In this document: one piece after another, positions 60,040 through 64,000 of the stretch
Position numbering within the stretch: the first letter of the stretch is position 1
Layout of the letters: every line of letters starts with the position of its first letter
DNA from: Nitrospirota bacterium
Lineage (GTDB): Bacteria > Nitrospirota > JACRHJ01
DNA: 64,000 nucleotides
NCBI GenBank assembly: GCA_049801375.1
Contig: JBARKJ010000046.1
Span: 3,204 to 67,203, forward strand
Direction: 5' to 3'
Made by a program: the position numbers and the translations under genes
The notes under the pieces: model-generated
Databases searched by the model: none
The model's input: the letters and a program-made list of their open reading frames with translations, nothing else
What the model was told of the DNA's origin: nothing

Positions 60040-61428
60040 TTAAGGAAAAATTTTTCCGGGATTCAGTATCCCTTGAGGGTCGAAAACCGATTTTATTTTT
60101 TTCAGCAGGTTCAGTTCGCCATCGCTCAGCTCCATTCCGATATACGGAAGCTTTGTAAGCCCGATTCCGTGCTCCCCGGAAATCGTCCCGCCAAGAGCGA
60201 GCACCAGCCTGAATACTTCCTCTATCGCTTCTTCCGCTTTCCGTAGCCTCTCCGGGTCCGACTTATCTGTCATCACGTTCACATGGATGTTCCCGTCCCC
60301 CGCATGGCCGAAACATATTATCTTCTGGCCGGACCTGGATGCTATCTCCCTGAAGCCTTCCAGGGCTTCCGGGACTTTGGCTATCGGCACCACGGTGTCT
60401 TCATTTATCTTGTGCGGGGCAATCGAAAAGAGCGCCTGAGACGTGCTCCGGCGCAGTTTCCATAACTCCACCGCGAAAGCTTTATCCTGTGTAATTTTTA
60501 TTTCCAGCGCCTTGTCTTTCATAAGCCCGCGGATGCCGTCCATCTGCCGGGCCGCCTCCTCGCGGTTTCCGTCCGTCTCGACCAGCAGAAATGCGCCCGC
60601 GCCTTCTGGCAACGCATAACCGATTTTTTTCGCCCCGGCGTTAAGCGCCTCGCCGTCCAGGAATTCCAGGCAACGAGGCGTATAGGGAGACGCCATGATA
60701 GCCGCGACGGCCTCGCCCGCAAGCCTGGTACCGGCAAAGAATGCGGTCATCGTGATTACTCTCTCCGGCAGCGGGATAAGCCTGAGCGTTATCTCCGTCA
60801 CTACCGCGAGCGTCCCTTCCGAGCCGACCAGCAGGCGCGCGAGGTCGTAACCCACGACCCCCTTGGCCGTCTTTACCCCTGCGCGTATGACTTCGCCGGA
60901 CGGCAGGACGGCCCGAAGCCCGGTAACGTAATCGCGCGTGACGCCGTATTTCACCGCCCGCATCCCACCCGCGTTCTCGGCTACGTTCCCGCCGATTGTG
61001 CAGAACGCGAGGCTGCCTGGATCAGGCGGATAAAAAAGCCCTTTCTCCTCTACAGCCCTCTGGAGGTCCCCCGTCACCACGCCGGGCTGAACGGTCGCGA
61101 TTCGGTTCCCCACGTCGATTGCAAGTATGCGGCTCATCCTCTCGAACGAGAGGATTATCCCCCCCCTGCTTGCCACCGCGCCGCCGGACAGGCCGCTCCC
61201 CGCCCCGCGAGGAATTACAGGGATACCATGCTCGCTTGAGAGGATCAGGATTTTGGAAACCTCTTCCTCGGTCCCCGGCCTGACAACCGCCTGCGGCGTC
61301 CCCTTCAGGCGTGTCGCGTCATAGGCGTAAGCCAACAGCCCCGCCTCGTCCGAGACGACGTTCTCCGGGCCGGCAATGGCCTTCAATCTATCTATTATAT
61401 CCTTTGATATTATTTCAGCAGCTGCCAT
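60040..61428 (-). CDS. FAD-linked oxidase (GlcD / D-lactate dehydrogenase-like)
   Basis: 462 aa. FAD_binding_4 domain (RGAGSGLSGGAV), C-terminal FAD-oxidase_C. Confidence 0.8.
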   Translation of the reverse strand: MAAAEIISKDIIDRLKAIAGPENVVSDEAGLLAYAYDATRLKGTPQAVVRPGTEEEVSKILILSSEHGIPVIPRGAGSGLSGGAVASRGGIILSFERMSRILAIDVGNRIATVQPGVVTGDLQRAVEEKGLFYPPDPGSLAFCTIGGNVAENAGGMRAVKYGVTRDYVTGLRAVLPSGEVIRAGVKTAKGVVGYDLARLLVGSEGTLAVVTEITLRLIPLPERVITMTAFFAGTRLAGEAVAAIMASPYTPRCLEFLDGEALNAGAKKIGYALPEGAGAFLLVETDGNREEAARQMDGIRGLMKDKALEIKITQDKAFAVELWKLRRSTSQALFSIAPHKINEDTVVPIAKVPEALEGFREIASRSGQKIICFGHAGDGNIHVNVMTDKSDPERLRKAEEAIEEVFRLVLALGGTISGEHGIGLTKLPYIGMELSDGELNLLKKIKSVFDPQGILNPGKIFP

Positions 61429-61460
61429 TTAATAAAGATAACACAGAGGCCCTTGTTTTT

Positions 61461-61489
61461 AAATAAAAAATCCGCCGATGAACGGCGGA
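61461..61489 (-). terminator. Rho-independent terminator downstream of smc (stem ATCCGCCG / CGGCGGAT, loop TTCAT, then TTTTTTATTT on the minus strand)
   Basis: The hairpin plus T-run reads correctly on the minus strand, 35 nt after the smc stop. Confidence 0.5.
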
Positions 61490-61523
61490 TAAAATAATTT
61501 AGGATTTTTAGTTCAATAAAATT

Positions 61524-64000
61524 TTACACTCCTGCCAGTTCCGCCGCTTCAGTTAAGCGGACAGACACAAGCCGCGAGACGCCCGGCTCGTCCATCGTGA
61601 CGCCGTAAAGCGCGTCCGCAAGCTCCATCGTGGGGCGGCTGTGCGTAATGACGATGAACTGGGTCTTGTCCGCGAACTCTTTCAGCAGGTTCCCGAAACG
61701 CTGTACGTTGCCTTCGTCGAGCGGCGCGTCCACCTCGTCCAGGACGCAGAAGGGCGAGGGCTTCACGAGGAAACATGCGAACGTCAGCGCGGCGGCTATA
61801 AGCGCCTTCTCACCACCGGAGAACAGGAGCAGGCTCTGGAGCTTCTTTCCAGGCGGCTGTGCGACAATCTCAAGGCCCGAATCCAGCACGTCGTTTCCCT
61901 CCTCAGGCGGCACGAGTACGAGCTCAGCGCGTCCTCCGCCGAATAGTGAGAGGAATACCGTTTTAAAAGTCTCGTTGATGGCGTTGAACGCCTCCGTGAA
62001 AAGCTCTTCGGAAGTTTTATTTATCTTGCCGATGGCCTCCCGAAGCCGCGAGACCGACGACTCCAGGTCCTGCTTCTGTGAACTCAGGAAGTCGAAGCGC
62101 TCCATCAGTTCGTTATATTCCTCTATCGCGCCGACATTAACCGGCCCGAGTTTTTCAAGCTTTATCTTAAGCTCCGCCGCATCCATCTCCGCCTGCTCGC
62201 GCTCTATCTGAAGATTCTTGAACTGTTCCTCTATTTCAGGTATCTGGATATGGTAGTTGTGTTCCACGGTCTCAAGCAGGTGCTCGGCTTTAAGCCTAAG
62301 TTCCGCGCGCTTAAGCTCAATCTCGCCCAGCGCGTCCCGCGCCGCTTCGGCTTCCCGGCGAGTCGATTTCAACGACTCTTCCAAACCTTCTATGGCGTCG
62401 TATGCGATCTGATACGCGTCCTGGAGCGCGGGCGCCTGCTCCTTCATCGCCATCGCCTCACTCAAAAACGAATTGATACTGCCTTCCGCTTCCGCGCGGC
62501 CTTTAGACAGCTCATCCTTCTTCTCTGATATCTCGCGTCCTTCTTCCTCAAGGCGTGTCCGTCTTCGTTCCAGCTCTTCTTTTTTGAGGTCCGCCCGTTT
62601 CAAATCACGCGCCCACGACTCGTGCTTCTGAATAAGCGCCGAGAGGTCCATCTTCTTCGCCGTCAGCGCCTCCCGGTCTCTCTCAAGTTGTGATTTAGCG
62701 GCCTTGAGATTTTCCTGCACGGCAAAAAGCAAGGATTCCGCTTTATTTTTCCCCTCGCCCAGTTCTTCGAGGGCCGCGCGTGTCTTTACTAGGGATTCTC
62801 TTATTTCATCTTCTTCCTGGGAGCGCTGGGACGCTTCAATGTCCAGCACTTCCAGCTTCTTAGTTATCCGTTCCATTTCGGCGGCCAGAGATGCCGCGTC
62901 CTTTTCAAGCCCTACCAAGGTAACGCGCTTTTCATTTATAATCTCATGAAGCCCCTTCAGCTTACCTTCCAGTTCTTCCATCAGGGCCTTCGACTCGGAA
63001 AGCCTGTCCTGGGCCGCCTGGTTGCTCCGGGAAAGACTCTTCACTTCTTCGGTCAGCTCGCGTATCTCGCGCTTCTTGGAAAGTATCCCGCCCGAGCCGC
63101 CCGCCCCGCCGGTAACCGCGCCCGAAGGTTCCACCACTTCTCCGTCCAGAGTAACCAGCGTCCAGTCCGCACCCTGCTCCCAGATTGAGAACGCGGCGTC
63201 CAGGTCCCGGACGACCAGCACTTGCCCCAGGAGGCTCTTTAGAATATCTTCGTATCCGTCATTCACGTTCGAGAGCGAAAGCGCCGCGCCAACTATCCCC
63301 TCTCCCGCCGGAGCTTCCGAACAGGAAAAAACCTTCGGCAACGCGGGTAGAAAGCTTCCCCTGCCCGCGCCGCGCGCTTTTAGGAATTCAATCGCGGCTT
63401 TCGCGTCGTCGTGGCCGCCGACGATTATATTCTGGAGCCTCTCGCCCAGTACCGCCTCGATCGCGCGTTCATGCTCCGGGCTTGCGGAAAGAATGTCCGC
63501 GACCAGCCCCCTTATGCCGGGAAGCGCGCCGCGCTTGTTCTCGGATACCAGGGCTTTCACGCCCGCGGCAAACCCTTCCAGCCCCTCTTCCAGCTCTTTC
63601 AGGGATTTCAGCCGGTTCGACTTCTGGGAGAGCCGTTCCCTGCCAATGGCCAACTCGTCCGAAAGCCCTTTTAACGAGGTGCGCGTCTCATCCACTTTAG
63701 CGGACAGACTGCCCCGTTCGGCTTCGAGTTCGTTATTTGAAGACCGGGCCGCCTCCAACTCCATCCTCTTCTTCTCTACCGCAAGCTTCGCGGCAGACAA
63801 GATTTCCTCCGTCTCCCGCCTCTCTTCTGACGCCCTAGCAGACCGGGTTTCCAGCGCGGCCCTTCGCTCTTCCAGTCTCGCGAGGACGTTCTGGTTGCTC
63901 GAAAGGCCCGCCTGCATATCGAAAAGCCGGACCCGCCCATGCTCTATCTCCTGCTCGAGCGCGTGCGCATCGTCGGTTTTTTCCTGGTACTCGGACTCAA
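61524..64000 (-). CDS. smc: Chromosome partition protein Smc, C-terminal ~825 codons (the N-terminus lies beyond the window end)
   Basis: Long coiled-coil, hinge, and C-terminal ABC signature LSGGEKALIAAALTFACFL with the Walker B/D-loop CVLDEVDAPLD. Confidence 0.9.
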   Translation of the reverse strand, partial: ESEYQEKTDDAHALEQEIEHGRVRLFDMQAGLSSNQNVLARLEERRAALETRSARASEERRETEEILSAAKLAVEKKRMELEAARSSNNELEAERGSLSAKVDETRTSLKGLSDELAIGRERLSQKSNRLKSLKELEEGLEGFAAGVKALVSENKRGALPGIRGLVADILSASPEHERAIEAVLGERLQNIIVGGHDDAKAAIEFLKARGAGRGSFLPALPKVFSCSEAPAGEGIVGAALSLSNVNDGYEDILKSLLGQVLVVRDLDAAFSIWEQGADWTLVTLDGEVVEPSGAVTGGAGGSGGILSKKREIRELTEEVKSLSRSNQAAQDRLSESKALMEELEGKLKGLHEIINEKRVTLVGLEKDAASLAAEMERITKKLEVLDIEASQRSQEEDEIRESLVKTRAALEELGEGKNKAESLLFAVQENLKAAKSQLERDREALTAKKMDLSALIQKHESWARDLKRADLKKEELERRRTRLEEEGREISEKKDELSKGRAEAEGSINSFLSEAMAMKEQAPALQDAYQIAYDAIEGLEESLKSTRREAEAARDALGEIELKRAELRLKAEHLLETVEHNYHIQIPEIEEQFKNLQIEREQAEMDAAELKIKLEKLGPVNVGAIEEYNELMERFDFLSSQKQDLESSVSRLREAIGKINKTSEELFTEAFNAINETFKTVFLSLFGGGRAELVLVPPEEGNDVLDSGLEIVAQPPGKKLQSLLLFSGGEKALIAAALTFACFLVKPSPFCVLDEVDAPLDEGNVQRFGNLLKEFADKTQFIVITHSRPTMELADALYGVTMDEPGVSRLVSVRLTEAAELAGV

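Noticed and set aside
1-64000. CRISPR arrays, IS elements/transposases, integrases, prophage genes, rRNA genes
   Set aside because: None was seen. There are no spaced direct repeats, no DDE/tyrosine recombinase motifs, and no phage structural genes. The only mobile-looking feature is the DUF559 cassette with hairpin inverted repeats.

Overview
The window is a 64-kb, GC-rich (~58%) chromosomal segment of a Gram-negative bacterium, apparently an anaerobe. It carries ferredoxin-dependent 2-oxoacid oxidoreductase subunits, a tungsten-type aldehyde:ferredoxin oxidoreductase, radical-SAM enzymes and a small c-type cytochrome. Almost all genes are on the minus strand and tightly packed, often with ATGA/GTGA/TTGA stop-start overlaps. 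The window reads as five blocks:
(1) 1-13.9 kb: an LPS outer-core / O-polysaccharide-type glycan locus with a truncated epimerase, a heptose kinase, several GT4/GT2/GT9 glycosyltransferases, a methyltransferase, a CatB/Vat-type acetyltransferase, a sulfotransferase and an AsnB-type amidotransferase.
(2) 13.7-31.9 kb: the Kdo/heptose inner-core and lipid A supercluster. Gene order on the minus strand runs bamA-skp-lpxD-fabZ-lpxA-lpxI-gnnA-gnnB-lpxB-msbA-DUF374-waaA-[DUF559 cassette]-lpxK-lpxL-waaF-gmhB-waaC-like-ycaR-GT2.
(3) 31.9-35 kb: housekeeping genes (hemW, a GNAT, 2-oxoacid:ferredoxin oxidoreductase beta and gamma subunits, tRNA-Phe).
(4) 35-54 kb: a ~19-kb co-directional biosynthetic cluster headed by a PadR regulator. 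It encodes a type II PKS core (KS-alpha, a Cys-less KS-beta, ACP), a TcmN-like aromatase/cyclase and a second cyclase. It also encodes an amidohydrolase_2 enzyme, an iron-sulfur flavoprotein, two CrtI-family flavoenzymes, two radical-SAM enzymes (one B12-binding), an LpxL-like acyltransferase, an AOR, a Cys-rich protein and two tandem small paralogs. I consider this the most likely undescribed system in the window: an anaerobic aromatic-polyketide, possibly lipid-linked, pathway.
(5) 54-64 kb: housekeeping genes (S2P protease, trmL, ogt, an MBL hydrolase, a mini c-type cytochrome, an ABC-2 transporter, gdhA, a GlcD-like FAD oxidase, and the 3' end of smc).
No CRISPR array, IS element, integrase or rRNA gene was found. 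CDS coordinates follow the supplied ORF track, with starts adjusted by codon arithmetic where noted. Small non-coding features were placed by manual counting and may be off by 1-2 nt.
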